Shown: positions 54,767 to 64,000 of the stretch, in pieces | How the letters are laid out: each line of letters starts with the position of its first letter | How positions within the stretch are numbered: the stretch's first letter is position 1 | DNA from: Planctomycetota bacterium | GTDB lineage: Bacteria > Planctomycetota > UBA1135 > UBA2386 | NCBI GenBank assembly: GCA_965228735.1 | Contig: OZ245838.1 | Coordinates: 5,856,001 to 5,920,000 of the forward strand | DNA length: 64,000 nt | Direction of reading: 5' to 3' | The notes under the pieces: generated by a model | Database searches by the model: none | The model's input: the letters and a program-made list of their open reading frames with translations, nothing else | What the model was told of the DNA's origin: nothing | Position numbers and translations under genes: made by a program

Positions 54767-56152
54767 ATGATCCTCGAGCAGTTCTATCTCGGCTGCCTGG
54801 CGCACGCGTCGTACGTCGTGATCGACGAGCGGACGAAGACCGCGGCGGTGATCGATCCGCAGCGTGACGTCGACGGCTACATCGCGTTCGCCGAGCGGCA
54901 CGGTGCGACGATCGCGCACGTGTTGCTGACGCACTTCCACGCCGACTTCGTGGCCGGTCATCTCGAGCTGCGGGATCGGGTCGGCGCGCGGATCCACCTC
55001 GGCGCGCGGGCGAACGCCGAGTACGACTTCGACGCGTTGCGCGACGGTGACGTGCTCGAGTTCGGTGATGTTCGGTTCTCGATCCGTGAGACGCCGGGCC
55101 ACACTCCCGAGGGCGTCTCGATCGTCGTGTTCGATCTGGCGGTCAGCGACACGCGGCCGCACGCCGTCTTCACCGGTGACACCCTGTTCGTCGGCGACGT
55201 CGGTCGGCCGGACCTCATGGCCTCGGTCGGCGTCACGGCGACTGAGCTCGCCGGGCAGCTCTACGACTCGCTGCACGACAAGCTGCTGCAGCTGCCGGAC
55301 GACACGCTCGTGTATCCGGCGCACGGTGCCGGCTCGATGTGCGGCAAGAACCTCAGCAGCGAGACGTTCTCGACGATCGGGCAGCAACGGCGCCAGAACT
55401 ACGCGCTGCAGCCGATGAGCCGCGACGAGTTCGTCGCCACGGTCACGGCGGATCAGCCGCAGGCGCCGGCCTACTTCGCGTACGACGCGGCGATGAACCA
55501 GCGCGAACGGCCGACGCTCGACGTTCGACTCGCGGATCTGCGCCCGTTGACCCTCGACGCGGTGCTCGAGCGGCAGAACGCCGGCGCGGTCGTCGTCGAC
55601 GTGCGTGACGCGGACACGTTTGCGCACGGTCATCTGCGCGGCGCGATCAACGTCGGGCTCGATGGCAAGTTCGCGACCTGGGCCGGCACGCTGCTGCACG
55701 AGGTCGAAGAGCTCGTGATCGTCGCGGACCCGGGCCAGGAGGTCGAGGCCGCGACCCGCCTCGGTCGCGTCGGTCTCGACGCGGTCGTGGGTTTCCTGGC
55801 GGGCGGCCCGGCCGCGTTCGCCGGTCGGGACGAACTGATCGCGACCGTGGAACGCGTGCCAGTGCGGGCGCTCGCCGACGGCCTCGCCGCGCGACCGTTC
55901 GTGCTCGACGTCCGTTCGCCGCGCGAGTGGGAGGGCGGCCACATCGACGGCGCGGTCAACATCCCGCTCGCCGATCTCGAACGGCGCGCGGCCGAGGTGC
56001 CGACGGGTCGGCCCGTCGCGATCGTCTGTCGTTCGGGCTACCGGTCGTCGATCGCGGGCAGCCTGCTGCAGCGGCGTGGCATCCGCGAGGTCGTCGACGT
56101 CCGGGGCGGCATGCTGGCGTGGCAGGCGGCCGAGTATCCGACGCTGACGTGA
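54767..56152 (+). CDS. MBL-fold hydrolase (persulfide dioxygenase-like) with two rhodanese domains
   Basis: THFHADF, TPGHTPE, FTGDTLF, YPAHGAGSMCG; rhodanese DVR..GH..GA twice, with active loop CRSGYRS in the second. Confidence 0.92.
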   Translation: MILEQFYLGCLAHASYVVIDERTKTAAVIDPQRDVDGYIAFAERHGATIAHVLLTHFHADFVAGHLELRDRVGARIHLGARANAEYDFDALRDGDVLEFGDVRFSIRETPGHTPEGVSIVVFDLAVSDTRPHAVFTGDTLFVGDVGRPDLMASVGVTATELAGQLYDSLHDKLLQLPDDTLVYPAHGAGSMCGKNLSSETFSTIGQQRRQNYALQPMSRDEFVATVTADQPQAPAYFAYDAAMNQRERPTLDVRLADLRPLTLDAVLERQNAGAVVVDVRDADTFAHGHLRGAINVGLDGKFATWAGTLLHEVEELVIVADPGQEVEAATRLGRVGLDAVVGFLAGGPAAFAGRDELIATVERVPVRALADGLAARPFVLDVRSPREWEGGHIDGAVNIPLADLERRAAEVPTGRPVAIVCRSGYRSSIAGSLLQRRGIREVVDVRGGMLAWQAAEYPTLT

Positions 56153-56263
56153 GCGCGAGTCGCTGATTCGGCCGCGGGACGGGCGCTTCCGGGCGTTGGA
56201 ATGCCGGCGGAGTGCCGAAGGGGGGCGCGGGGCGATCGGTCGCTCCGTATGCTGCCCCGTCGC

Positions 56264-59200
56264 ATGCGCACGCTTCTCGGCATCGCGGTCGGTGTGGCCG
56301 GCCTCGGACTCCTCGCAGTCCATGACGACGAACCGCAGCGTGGTCCGGCAGCCGCCCAGTTGATGAGCCCGCTGATGAGCCCGCCGATGAGCCAGCCGAT
56401 GGCCGCGCCGATGACTCGGCCGATGGCCGATGGCGCGCATCGATTCGTCGGTCGCAGCCCGGCTGCGCTCGCGCAAACGCGCTTCGTCGAGAACCGCGGC
56501 CAATGGGACGACGCCGTGCGCTTCGCGGTGCTCGGACGGTCGGTGGGCTGGCTGCACGACGACGGGTTCACGGTGCGTTTCGCGCGCGAGCTGCCGAACG
56601 CCGCGGCCGAGGATCCGATCCAACGCGAAGCGCCGCGGCCACGCACTTTGACCGGCGCCATCGTGCGCACGCGCTTCTCCGGCCGGGCTCGGGCGACCGA
56701 CGTGGGAGCGGTGGTCGCCGGCCAGCTGCACTTCCTGCGCGGGCGGGAGCCGGGTGGGCACCATACGAACGTCCCGACCTTCGCCGGCGCGACGCTGCGC
56801 GGCGTGCAGCCGGGCATCGACGTCGTGTTCCGGGCCGTGCCCGAGTCGGAGTTCGCGTTCGCCTACGACCTCGCGCTCGCGCCTGGCGCCGACCTCGCCG
56901 CGTTCGAGGCCACGTGCGACGGGGCCGACCAACTGTTCGTCGATCGCGACGGGCGCCTGCACGTGTGCACGACGACGCCGCACGGTCCCGTCGAGCTCAC
57001 GCAGGAACCGCCGGTGGCGTGGCAGACGACCGCGAACGGGCGGCGGCCGCTCACCGTCGAGTTCGAGGTGCGCGGGCCGCGCACCTACGGCTTCCACGCG
57101 CCCGAGCTCGACCCCGCTCTCGCGACCGTCGTCGACCCCGGCGTCGCGTGGAGCAGCTACCTCGGCGGCGGTGCGACGGATCGCATCCAGGACGTCGCGT
57201 GGCAGCCGGGCGTCGGCATCTGGCTCGCGGGTTGGGCCGGGTCGGTCGACTTCCCGACCACGGTCGGCGCGTTCCAGACGACGGGCGAACGGGACGCGTT
57301 CCTCGCGAAGATCGACGAGGCCGGCACCACGCTACAGTTCGCGACCTACTTCGGCGGCTCGGAGGGCGAGGAAGCGCGCGCGATCGCGCTCGGGCCCGGG
57401 CAGTCGCCGACGATCGTGGGCTTCACCGCGTCGTCGGACCTGCCGATCACCCCCGGCGCCTATCAGGCCACGTTCGGCGGGTCCGGCCCGATCGTGCCGA
57501 TCGGGGATGCGTTCGTGACGCGCCTGTCGGCCGCGGGCGATGCGGTGCTCGCGTCGACCTACCTCGGCGGTCTCGTCGACGAGGCGGCCGAGGGGGTGGC
57601 CGTCGATCCCGCCGGCACGATCTACGTCGTCGGCGCCACGTCGTCGCCCGATCTGCCGACGACCCCGGGATCGTGGCAGCCCGCCCTCGGCGGTCCGGTC
57701 ACGGGCCAGAACGACGGGTTCGTGGCCAAGTTCGCGGCCGATCTCACGAGCGCGACCTACGTGACCTACGTGGGCGGCACGCTGCAGGACCAGCTGCTCG
57801 ACGTCGCGATCGATCCCGCGACGGGCGAGGCGGCCGCGGTCGGCTGGTCGATCGCCGCGAACTTTCCGACGACGCCGTTCGCCTACCGGACGAGCAGCGC
57901 GGGCTCCGTCGAGATGGTCGCGCTGCGCCTGACGAGCGACGGCTCGACTGCCGTGTTCTCGAGCTTCCTCGGCGGCATCAACGAAGAGGCGGCGACGGGT
58001 TGCGCGCTCGGTGACGACGGGTCGTTGTGGCTCTGCGGCTGGACCGACTCGGTGAACTACCCGATCTCCGCGGGTGCGCCGCAGAGCACGCCCGCGGGCG
58101 AAGAGGACGGTGTGCTGACCCGGCTGTCGGCCGACGGCTCGGCCCTGCTGTTCTCGACCTACGTGGCTGGCACCGACTTCGATCACGCCCGTGACGTCGC
58201 GGTCGACGGCGACGAGGTGGTGGTCGTCGGCGAGGCCGGACCCGGACTGCCGCTGACGCCGACCGCGCACCAGGGCTCGTTCGCCGGCGGCACGCTCGAC
58301 GCGTTCCTCTGCTACTACACCAACCAGGGCGCGGTGCTCGAGTACGCGACCTACGCGGGCGGCTCCGGCAGCGACGCGTTCGGTGCCGTGGAGATCGACA
58401 ACGGGCTGATCGTCGCGGGCGGCTGGTCCTATGCCGCGGACTTCCCGGTGACTACCGGCGCGCTGCAGGGGCAGCTGCTCGGCGTCGAGGACGGCGTCGT
58501 GATGGTCGTGGACCTGTTGACGGATCTGGCGGGCGGCCTGCAGGTCGGTTCGGGATCGGGCACCGGCGAACGCCGGTTGGCCGAGGCCGGCGAGTACGAA
58601 CTGCTCGCCGCGGTCGTGACCAACACGACGAGCCGGCGGCTCGCGATCGAGGGCGTGCGGGTGTTGTTCGCCGGCAGCGGTGCTGCGCCGCAGCAGGTCT
58701 CGGACCTGCGCGTCTATCTCGACGACCCCGCGGTTCCCGGCGAGCGCGACAGGCTCGTGGCCGGGCCGGTCGCGGTCGTGCTCGACGATGCCGAGCTCGA
58801 CGTCGCGTTGCAGGGCGCGGAACTGCTGCCCGGTGGAGCTGCCACGCTGCGGTTCGTCGTCGACTTCGAGCCCGCGCTCGCCGGCGGTGCGGTGGAGGTC
58901 GCATGCGCGACCGTCGATCCGAGCGCCTGGACCCTGCGCGCGTTCGGCGCCGGCGCAGGGCCGGTGGTGAACGTGGTCGGCAACGGCCGTTCGACGGGCC
59001 CCGTGCTCGTCGCCGGCGGATTGCCCGGCGACGTCGACGGCGACCTGGAATGGTCGGTGCTCGATCTGCGCGGGCTGTGTTCGACGCTCGGCAGCGCGGC
59101 CGGCCTGCTCGATACCGACGGGGACCAGGTCATCACGCTTTCCGACGTCGACAACGTGTGCGACGGCGCGCTCGGTCGCGCCGCGGTGACGATCGTGCCG

Positions 59201-59419
59201 GCGAGCGGCGTGGCGGGTGAGTGGCTCACGCTGCGCGGCGTGTTCCCGACGGGCGTCACGGTCGAAGCCGTGCTCGGTGGTCGCGCCCTCACGCTCGGCC
59301 GCGTCACGCCGCGCGAGGTCACCGTGCGCGTCGATCCCGCGCTGCCGCCGGGGCCGCACGACCTGCTGCTGACGATCGGCGGGCGCACGCTGGCCGCGCA
59401 GTCGCTCATCGTGCAATGA
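56264..59419 (+). CDS. Secreted SBBP-repeat beta-propeller protein with dockerin-like and IPT-like C-terminal domains
   Basis: FVENRGQW N-domain; repeats STYLGG..DFPTT.GAFQ..DAF; GDVDGD..DTDGDQVITLSD; terminal Ig-like domain. Confidence 0.88.
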   Translation: MRTLLGIAVGVAGLGLLAVHDDEPQRGPAAAQLMSPLMSPPMSQPMAAPMTRPMADGAHRFVGRSPAALAQTRFVENRGQWDDAVRFAVLGRSVGWLHDDGFTVRFARELPNAAAEDPIQREAPRPRTLTGAIVRTRFSGRARATDVGAVVAGQLHFLRGREPGGHHTNVPTFAGATLRGVQPGIDVVFRAVPESEFAFAYDLALAPGADLAAFEATCDGADQLFVDRDGRLHVCTTTPHGPVELTQEPPVAWQTTANGRRPLTVEFEVRGPRTYGFHAPELDPALATVVDPGVAWSSYLGGGATDRIQDVAWQPGVGIWLAGWAGSVDFPTTVGAFQTTGERDAFLAKIDEAGTTLQFATYFGGSEGEEARAIALGPGQSPTIVGFTASSDLPITPGAYQATFGGSGPIVPIGDAFVTRLSAAGDAVLASTYLGGLVDEAAEGVAVDPAGTIYVVGATSSPDLPTTPGSWQPALGGPVTGQNDGFVAKFAADLTSATYVTYVGGTLQDQLLDVAIDPATGEAAAVGWSIAANFPTTPFAYRTSSAGSVEMVALRLTSDGSTAVFSSFLGGINEEAATGCALGDDGSLWLCGWTDSVNYPISAGAPQSTPAGEEDGVLTRLSADGSALLFSTYVAGTDFDHARDVAVDGDEVVVVGEAGPGLPLTPTAHQGSFAGGTLDAFLCYYTNQGAVLEYATYAGGSGSDAFGAVEIDNGLIVAGGWSYAADFPVTTGALQGQLLGVEDGVVMVVDLLTDLAGGLQVGSGSGTGERRLAEAGEYELLAAVVTNTTSRRLAIEGVRVLFAGSGAAPQQVSDLRVYLDDPAVPGERDRLVAGPVAVVLDDAELDVALQGAELLPGGAATLRFVVDFEPALAGGAVEVACATVDPSAWTLRAFGAGAGPVVNVVGNGRSTGPVLVAGGLPGDVDGDLEWSVLDLRGLCSTLGSAAGLLDTDGDQVITLSDVDNVCDGALGRAAVTIVPASGVAGEWLTLRGVFPTGVTVEAVLGGRALTLGRVTPREVTVRVDPALPPGPHDLLLTIGGRTLAAQSLIVQ
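56362..56433 (+). repeat. Six degenerate 12-bp tandem repeats encoding a Met/Pro-rich linker
   Basis: GATGAGCCCGCT, GATGAGCCCGCC, GATGAGCCAGCC, GATGGCCGCGCC, GATGACTCGGCC, GATGGCCGATGG. Confidence 0.75.
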
Positions 59420-60237
59420 CGGCCGCACCGCCGCGCGTCCTGCTCCTCGGCGGCATCGATTCCTCGGGCGGGGCCGGTGTCACGCTCGATGCGGCGGTCG
59501 TCACGGCGCTCGGCGGGCAGCCGCTGCCGTTGCCCGTCGCCCTCACGGTGCAGAGCCGGCGCGGGTTCCGGTCGTTGCATCCGATCGATGCCGCGATCGG
59601 GCGCGCGATGCTCGACGCCGCGGTCGCGGATGGCGGCTTCGCTGCCGTCAAGCTCGGGTTGCTCGGGTCGGTCGCGCTCATCACCGACGTGGCTTCGGCG
59701 CTGCACGAGGCGCTCACTGTGGTCCGCTCGGAGTCCGGAGCGCCGGTCCCCGTCGTCGTCGATCCCGTGCTCTCCGCGACCGCCGGTGGCCTCGCGACCG
59801 ATGACGACGTCGTGGCGGCGTATCGCGAGCACGTGCTGCCACTCGCGACGCTGCTCACGCCCAACGGACCGGAGTTCGGTCGGCTGTTCGGCGGCGATCC
59901 GAAGCTCGCGACCGAGCACGTTCCTGCCGTGTTGTGGAAGGGCGGTCACGCGACCGACATCGAAGGCGACGGGGGAAGCAAGGACACGGCCATCGATACA
60001 CTGCTGCGGCGCGATCACCCGGTCGAGCGATTCGTGCGCTCGCGGTTGCCGGTCGGCCCGGTGCGCGGCACGGGCTGTGCGCTCGCGAGCGCGATCGCCT
60101 GCCATCTCGCGGTGGGGCGCGATCTGCCGAACGCGTGCCGACTCGCCGGCGACACGCTCGCCGGCTGGCTCCGGGCGCTCGGTCCGGCGCCCGCCGATGG
60201 CCTGCCGCGCTCGTTGCCGGTCGGCGTCGACCCGTAG
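59416..60237 (+). CDS. thiD: Hydroxymethylpyrimidine/phosphomethylpyrimidine kinase-like (ribokinase fold)
   Basis: GGIDSSGGAG, ALTVQ, VKLGLL, VVDPV, LTPN, KGGH, GTGC. Confidence 0.85.
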   Translation: MTAAPPRVLLLGGIDSSGGAGVTLDAAVVTALGGQPLPLPVALTVQSRRGFRSLHPIDAAIGRAMLDAAVADGGFAAVKLGLLGSVALITDVASALHEALTVVRSESGAPVPVVVDPVLSATAGGLATDDDVVAAYREHVLPLATLLTPNGPEFGRLFGGDPKLATEHVPAVLWKGGHATDIEGDGGSKDTAIDTLLRRDHPVERFVRSRLPVGPVRGTGCALASAIACHLAVGRDLPNACRLAGDTLAGWLRALGPAPADGLPRSLPVGVDP

Positions 60238-60245
60238 ACCGAGTC

Positions 60246-62051
60246 CTAGCCGAATAGCTCACCGATGACGTTGGCGTAGCGTTCGTTGACGACGTGGCGC
60301 TTGACCTTGAGCGTGCGCGTCAGCAGCTCGTTCTCCGGCGTCATCGGCTCGGCGATCACGCGGAACGTCGCGACCCGCTCGCACCCGCGGCAACCCGCGT
60401 CGCGCGTCAGCACGTGGTCGAGCTCCTTCCGCAGCTTCTGCGTCACGGCCTTGCCGTGCAGCACGCCGTCGCGTTCGTCCCACTCCGAGCGGGGCACCTC
60501 GTCCGCGAGCAGCTCGAGGTTGGGCACGAGCAGCGCGCCGAGCGCCTTCTGGTCCTGACCGAGCACGACGGCCTGCTCGATGAGGGGCGACGTCTTGATC
60601 AGCGTCTCGAGCGGCTCGGGCTCCACGTTCTCGCCGCCGGCCAGCACGATCGTGTCCTTCGCGCGACCCGTGATCCAGACGTGTCCGACCGCGTCGACGT
60701 GTCCGAGGTCGCCGGAGCAGAACCAGCCGTCGAGGAGCACCTCCTTGGTCTTCTCCGGATTGTCGTAGTAGCCCTGCATGATTTGCGGGCCCGTGATCCA
60801 CAGCACGCCGGTCTCGTCGGCATTGCACCGGCTGCCGTCCGCGCGGCGCGCTTCGATCTTCGTGTTGGGCAGCGGCGGGCCGATGTGACCCGGCGCGTTG
60901 TTCTCCGCGAGGCGAACGGCCGCGACCGGGCTCGTCTCCGTGAGGCCATAGCCGTTGAGCAACGGCAGCCCCATGCCGAGCAGCGTCTCGTCGACGTGTC
61001 GGGGCAGCGCGCCGCCGCCGCTGACGCAGAGGCGCAGTCGCCCGCCGAAGTTCTCGAGCACCTTGCTCAGCACGACCCTGCGCAGCACGCCGTGCTGCAG
61101 TCGGGTGAACGGGCCCGCGCGCCGGCCGCCGACGAGGTGGCTCGTCTGCAGCGCGCGCCGCAGCAGCTTGCCCTTGAGACCCTCGAGCTTGCGCGACGTG
61201 TTGATCACGCCGTCGTGCAGCATCTCCCAGATGCGCGGCACCGCGGCGAAGATCGTCGGCCGCACGACGCCGAGGTCCGTCTTGATGTTGCGCCGGTCGG
61301 TGTAGACCAGCTGGCCACCCGCGGCGAGCGCGAGGTAGTCCATGATGCGTTCGTACATGTGCCACGCGGGCAGCACCGACAAGAACACGTCGTTGCCCGT
61401 GATGTGCAGCGCCTCGGTCGTGTCGCGCGCGTTGCTGAGCACGTTCTCGTGCGTGAGCATCACGCCCTTGGGGTTGGCCGTCGTGCCGCTCGTGTAGACG
61501 ATGGTCAGGAGGTCGGACGGCTGCACGAGCGCGCGGGCCGCGTCGAGCTCGTCGCGGCGCGAGCCGAGCAGCTCGTGACCGCGCGCCACGAGGTCCCCGA
61601 GGGTCTCGGCGCCCTCGACCGTCGTCGCGTCCGCCATGACCGCGATCCCCGCCAGCTCGTCGAGCCGCGGCTTCATCGCGAGCACCTCGCCGGCCGTCTT
61701 GTCGTCCTCGGCGAAGCAGAACTTGCAGCCGCTGTGCCGCAGGATGAACTCCATCTCCGGCAGCGAGGTGTCGGAGCCGCGCGGCACGCTCGGTGCGCCG
61801 ATGCTCGCGAGCGCCTGATCGATCAGGATCCACTCGTAGCGATTCTCGGCCATGACCCCGACCCGGTCGCCGCGCCGGATCCCGCGGTCGAGCAGCGCGA
61901 GCGCGAGGGCCTCCACGTCGCTGAGCAGTCGCGCGAACGTGATCGGCTCCTCCACCTGCGCCCGCCGGCGCGGCAGGAAAACCCGTTCCCCGTGGGCGCG
62001 AACCTGATCCGCGAGGAGGGACGGAAACGTCGGATTGCTGGTCGGAAGCAT
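60246..62051 (-). CDS. Long-chain fatty acid-CoA ligase (AMP-dependent synthetase)
   Basis: YTSGTTANPKG, LPAWHMYE, GYGLTETSP, SGDLG, GRAKD, GENVEP. Alternative start 62126. Confidence 0.92.
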   Translation of the reverse strand: MLPTSNPTFPSLLADQVRAHGERVFLPRRRAQVEEPITFARLLSDVEALALALLDRGIRRGDRVGVMAENRYEWILIDQALASIGAPSVPRGSDTSLPEMEFILRHSGCKFCFAEDDKTAGEVLAMKPRLDELAGIAVMADATTVEGAETLGDLVARGHELLGSRRDELDAARALVQPSDLLTIVYTSGTTANPKGVMLTHENVLSNARDTTEALHITGNDVFLSVLPAWHMYERIMDYLALAAGGQLVYTDRRNIKTDLGVVRPTIFAAVPRIWEMLHDGVINTSRKLEGLKGKLLRRALQTSHLVGGRRAGPFTRLQHGVLRRVVLSKVLENFGGRLRLCVSGGGALPRHVDETLLGMGLPLLNGYGLTETSPVAAVRLAENNAPGHIGPPLPNTKIEARRADGSRCNADETGVLWITGPQIMQGYYDNPEKTKEVLLDGWFCSGDLGHVDAVGHVWITGRAKDTIVLAGGENVEPEPLETLIKTSPLIEQAVVLGQDQKALGALLVPNLELLADEVPRSEWDERDGVLHGKAVTQKLRKELDHVLTRDAGCRGCERVATFRVIAEPMTPENELLTRTLKVKRHVVNERYANVIGELFG

Positions 62052-62109
62052 GCGAAATCGGGGGGCCGGGCCGAACCGCGCGTCGCGCTCGGGAACCTGC
62101 CTGGGACTC

Positions 62110-62139
62110 TTGACATCCACGGCCATGGACCATACGAAT
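62110..62139 (+). promoter_or_regulatory. Sigma70-type promoter of tRNA-Gly
   Basis: TTGACA, 17 nt, then TACGAAT. Confidence 0.65.
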
Positions 62140-62195
62140 GCGCCCCCTCGTTCGCGCGGTCAACCCCGGGCGAACGCGTTCTAGAGACAACTCGT

Positions 62196-62270
62196 GCGGG
62201 TGTAGCTCAGTGGTAGAGCATCACGTTGCCAACGTGAGGGTCGTGAGTTCGAATCTCATCACCCGCTCCA
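62196..62270 (+). tRNA. tRNA-Gly (GCC)
   Basis: Cloverleaf: GCGGGTG/CACCCGC acceptor stem, TAGCTCAGTGGTAGAGC D arm, TCACG-TTGCCAA-CGTGA anticodon arm, GTTCGAAT T loop, encoded CCA. Confidence 0.97.
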
Positions 62271-62323
62271 AAACGAAGAAAGGCTCGGCCCCCAGGGGGC
62301 CGAGCCTTTCTTCGTTTTGGAGC
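62265..62323 (+). terminator. Intrinsic terminator within a perfect 29-bp inverted repeat
   Basis: GCTCCAAAACGAAGAAAGGCTCGGCCCCC-A-GGGGGCCGAGCCTTTCTTCGTTTTGGAGC. Confidence 0.8.
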
Positions 62324-62761
62324 CTTTGTCCGCAGAGGCTAGGCGAAGACCGGGGACGGCGGGTTTGCCCGTTGGCGCCATACGCCTCTGCGGGGGAGCG
62401 CGCTTCGCGCGCTGGGGGTGCGAAAGCGGTTTGGTGGCGGGAGCGGTTTGGGGGTGCTACGCGCAGGGTGTGCTTCGCGGCGAGCGCGTCGTGCCTGGAT
62501 CGGGCTGCGGTGGGATTCGTGGACACCTGAGAGCGCCAACTCTCTCCTCGCTTCGGGCTAGGCTAGGATGCCGGGGGTGGCAGGCCGTCTTGCAGTTCTG
62601 GTGCACGCGAACCAGGGGTGGTGCTCGCTGTGAGCCGGGCGGGAAGCGCTGCGGATGAGTCTGGCGAGGCAGTGTTTCGAACGCGGGCCTTCGCCGCATT
62701 GGGGCCCGTGTTGGTCCGCTCGCACGGCACGCGGGGACCGCGTCGGACAGGAGGCTAGACG

Positions 62762-63250
62762 ATGAACGGCGAGCAACTCGGCCGCGCCCTGCAGGATCAC
62801 AAGGGCTTCTCGGCGGTTCGGAGCTTGGACCTTGCGGTCGCGGAGTCTCTCGACGTCGACCGCTACGACTTCGTCGGGGTGCGCATCTACTTGGGATCGG
62901 TCGTGTCGTGTGGCGTGCTCACGATTCAGGGTGAAGACCTGGACTTGGTGCGCGAACGGGTGGCCGAGTTCTACGAGTTCTCGCGATCGATGAAGCCGTA
63001 TGCCGGATCCGTCTACGGGGCGCGAATGGGGGCGTTCGGGATGCTCGTCGTGCTCGCGCATTCGTCGCCCAGCCCGGAGTTCGAACGCGCGATTCGTCGG
63101 CTTCGGCTCGGTTCCGGATGGCGCAAGGACTACTGCGTCACGTGGTTGATCGATGTGCCGGGCCGCGCGGTGATCCCGCATCGTGGGGTGCCGTTCGGCA
63201 TGTTTCCTGGTCGCCGGTTCTTCGCTCGGTTGCTCGCGGGTGAGGTGTAG
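62762..63250 (+). CDS. Hypothetical protein
   Basis: SD GGAGG, 162-aa ORF, no family recognised. Confidence 0.6.
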   Translation: MNGEQLGRALQDHKGFSAVRSLDLAVAESLDVDRYDFVGVRIYLGSVVSCGVLTIQGEDLDLVRERVAEFYEFSRSMKPYAGSVYGARMGAFGMLVVLAHSSPSPEFERAIRRLRLGSGWRKDYCVTWLIDVPGRAVIPHRGVPFGMFPGRRFFARLLAGEV

Positions 63251-63453
63251 TCGGGCTGGTGCCTCCGGTTTGGCTGAGATCGCGCAGGTTGCGTGCGCTC
63301 CATTACGATGCGCGTGATCTGAGCATCATCACCGACGACGAACGCATCCACGTGATCACGGACCGAGATCCCGTCGTGCGGCAGAAGTGATGGGGTGACG
63401 AGCAGCCCGGGGTCGTTGCGTTCGTTCCGCGGTTGACGACAATCGCCGATCCG

Positions 63454-63897
63454 ATGTCCTCCATGCTCAAATTGGTCGTGGCGCATGCCATCGTGGGAGC
63501 GGTGCTACCGTGCTGTTCCGAACCCGAGCCGGCCAGTGGCTATCCCGTTGCCGTCGACGCGTCGAAGGTCGGGCAGTACCCCGCGCTGACCAAGTCGGGA
63601 GGCGGCTACTTCTACGACGAGGTGCTGGAGTATCGCGTCTGGGTGCACGGCGACGGCGACGACGAGTTTCGAGCGTTCCGTACCTTCGAGCAGGCGGCGC
63701 GCTACTCCGAGAGAACCGAAGGGGCAGAGCCGCCCCTCGTTCTCGTACTGCAGCACGAACACGTCGATGAACCCGAGCCTGGCAAGTTCGTGCACATGAA
63801 GGAGGATCGGATCACGGAATGGCGCGTCGAGTGGCTCGAGGGCAGCAAGCGCGGACCGACGACGATTCCGGAGTTCTTGCGGGAGCGCGGCAAGTAG
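63454..63897 (+). CDS. Conserved-looking hypothetical protein, possibly a lipoprotein
   Basis: Hydrophobic N-terminus with LPCC; globular core VGQYPAL.KSGGGYFYDEVLEYRVW...EPPLVLVLQHE...RITEWRVEWL. Start is 63454 or 63463. Confidence 0.7.
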   Translation: MSSMLKLVVAHAIVGAVLPCCSEPEPASGYPVAVDASKVGQYPALTKSGGGYFYDEVLEYRVWVHGDGDDEFRAFRTFEQAARYSERTEGAEPPLVLVLQHEHVDEPEPGKFVHMKEDRITEWRVEWLEGSKRGPTTIPEFLRERGK

Positions 63898-64000
63898 GGT
63901 CGCGTTTCACTTCCTTTCGGTGGCCGTATCGACCTGCATTCGACAGCCGTCATCGCGGTGTGCGCGTTGCTCGCGTAGTTCGTTTGGTTCGAACGCCGCA

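Noticed and set aside
62324..64000. Integron cassette array or prophage at tRNA-Gly
   Set aside because: No attC (RYYYAAC...GTTRRRY) structures, integrase, phage genes or tRNA 3' duplication were visible.

Overview
GC-rich bacterial chromosomal window, most consistent with a Planctomycetota genome (inferred from ECF sigma/Ser-Thr kinase pairing, carboxypeptidase-regulatory-like, FG-GAP, HEAT-vWA and SBBP surface proteins). It holds housekeeping genes (purB, clpB, pruA, dtd, hsp20, ppx with CYTH-CHAD, thiD-like, acyl-CoA synthetase, tRNA-Gly-GCC), a cbb3 oxidase cluster (TauE-like, ccoI, ccoS, fused ccoNO, ccoQ, ccoP, ccoG) beside a FixL-like heme-PAS kinase and two response regulators, and many secreted proteins of unknown function. 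Best leads: (1) a secreted FG-GAP protein split by one in-frame UGA followed by a SECIS-like hairpin, a candidate selenoprotein with a U-C-x3-C motif that is coupled to a membrane-anchored TPR protein; (2) clpB and hsp20, 35 kb apart, share a three-part sigma54-type promoter architecture with identical 80-nt spacing, suggesting a sigma54 heat-shock regulon; (3) a kinase-TPR-GAF-sigma54 activator fusion flanked by sigma54 promoters and candidate enhancer palindromes for secreted proteins; (4) a REP-like repeat family, a perfect 29-bp inverted repeat overlapping the tRNA 3' end, and many apparently leaderless genes. No CRISPR array, integrase or transposase was seen. All calls come from reading the sequence; no searches were run.
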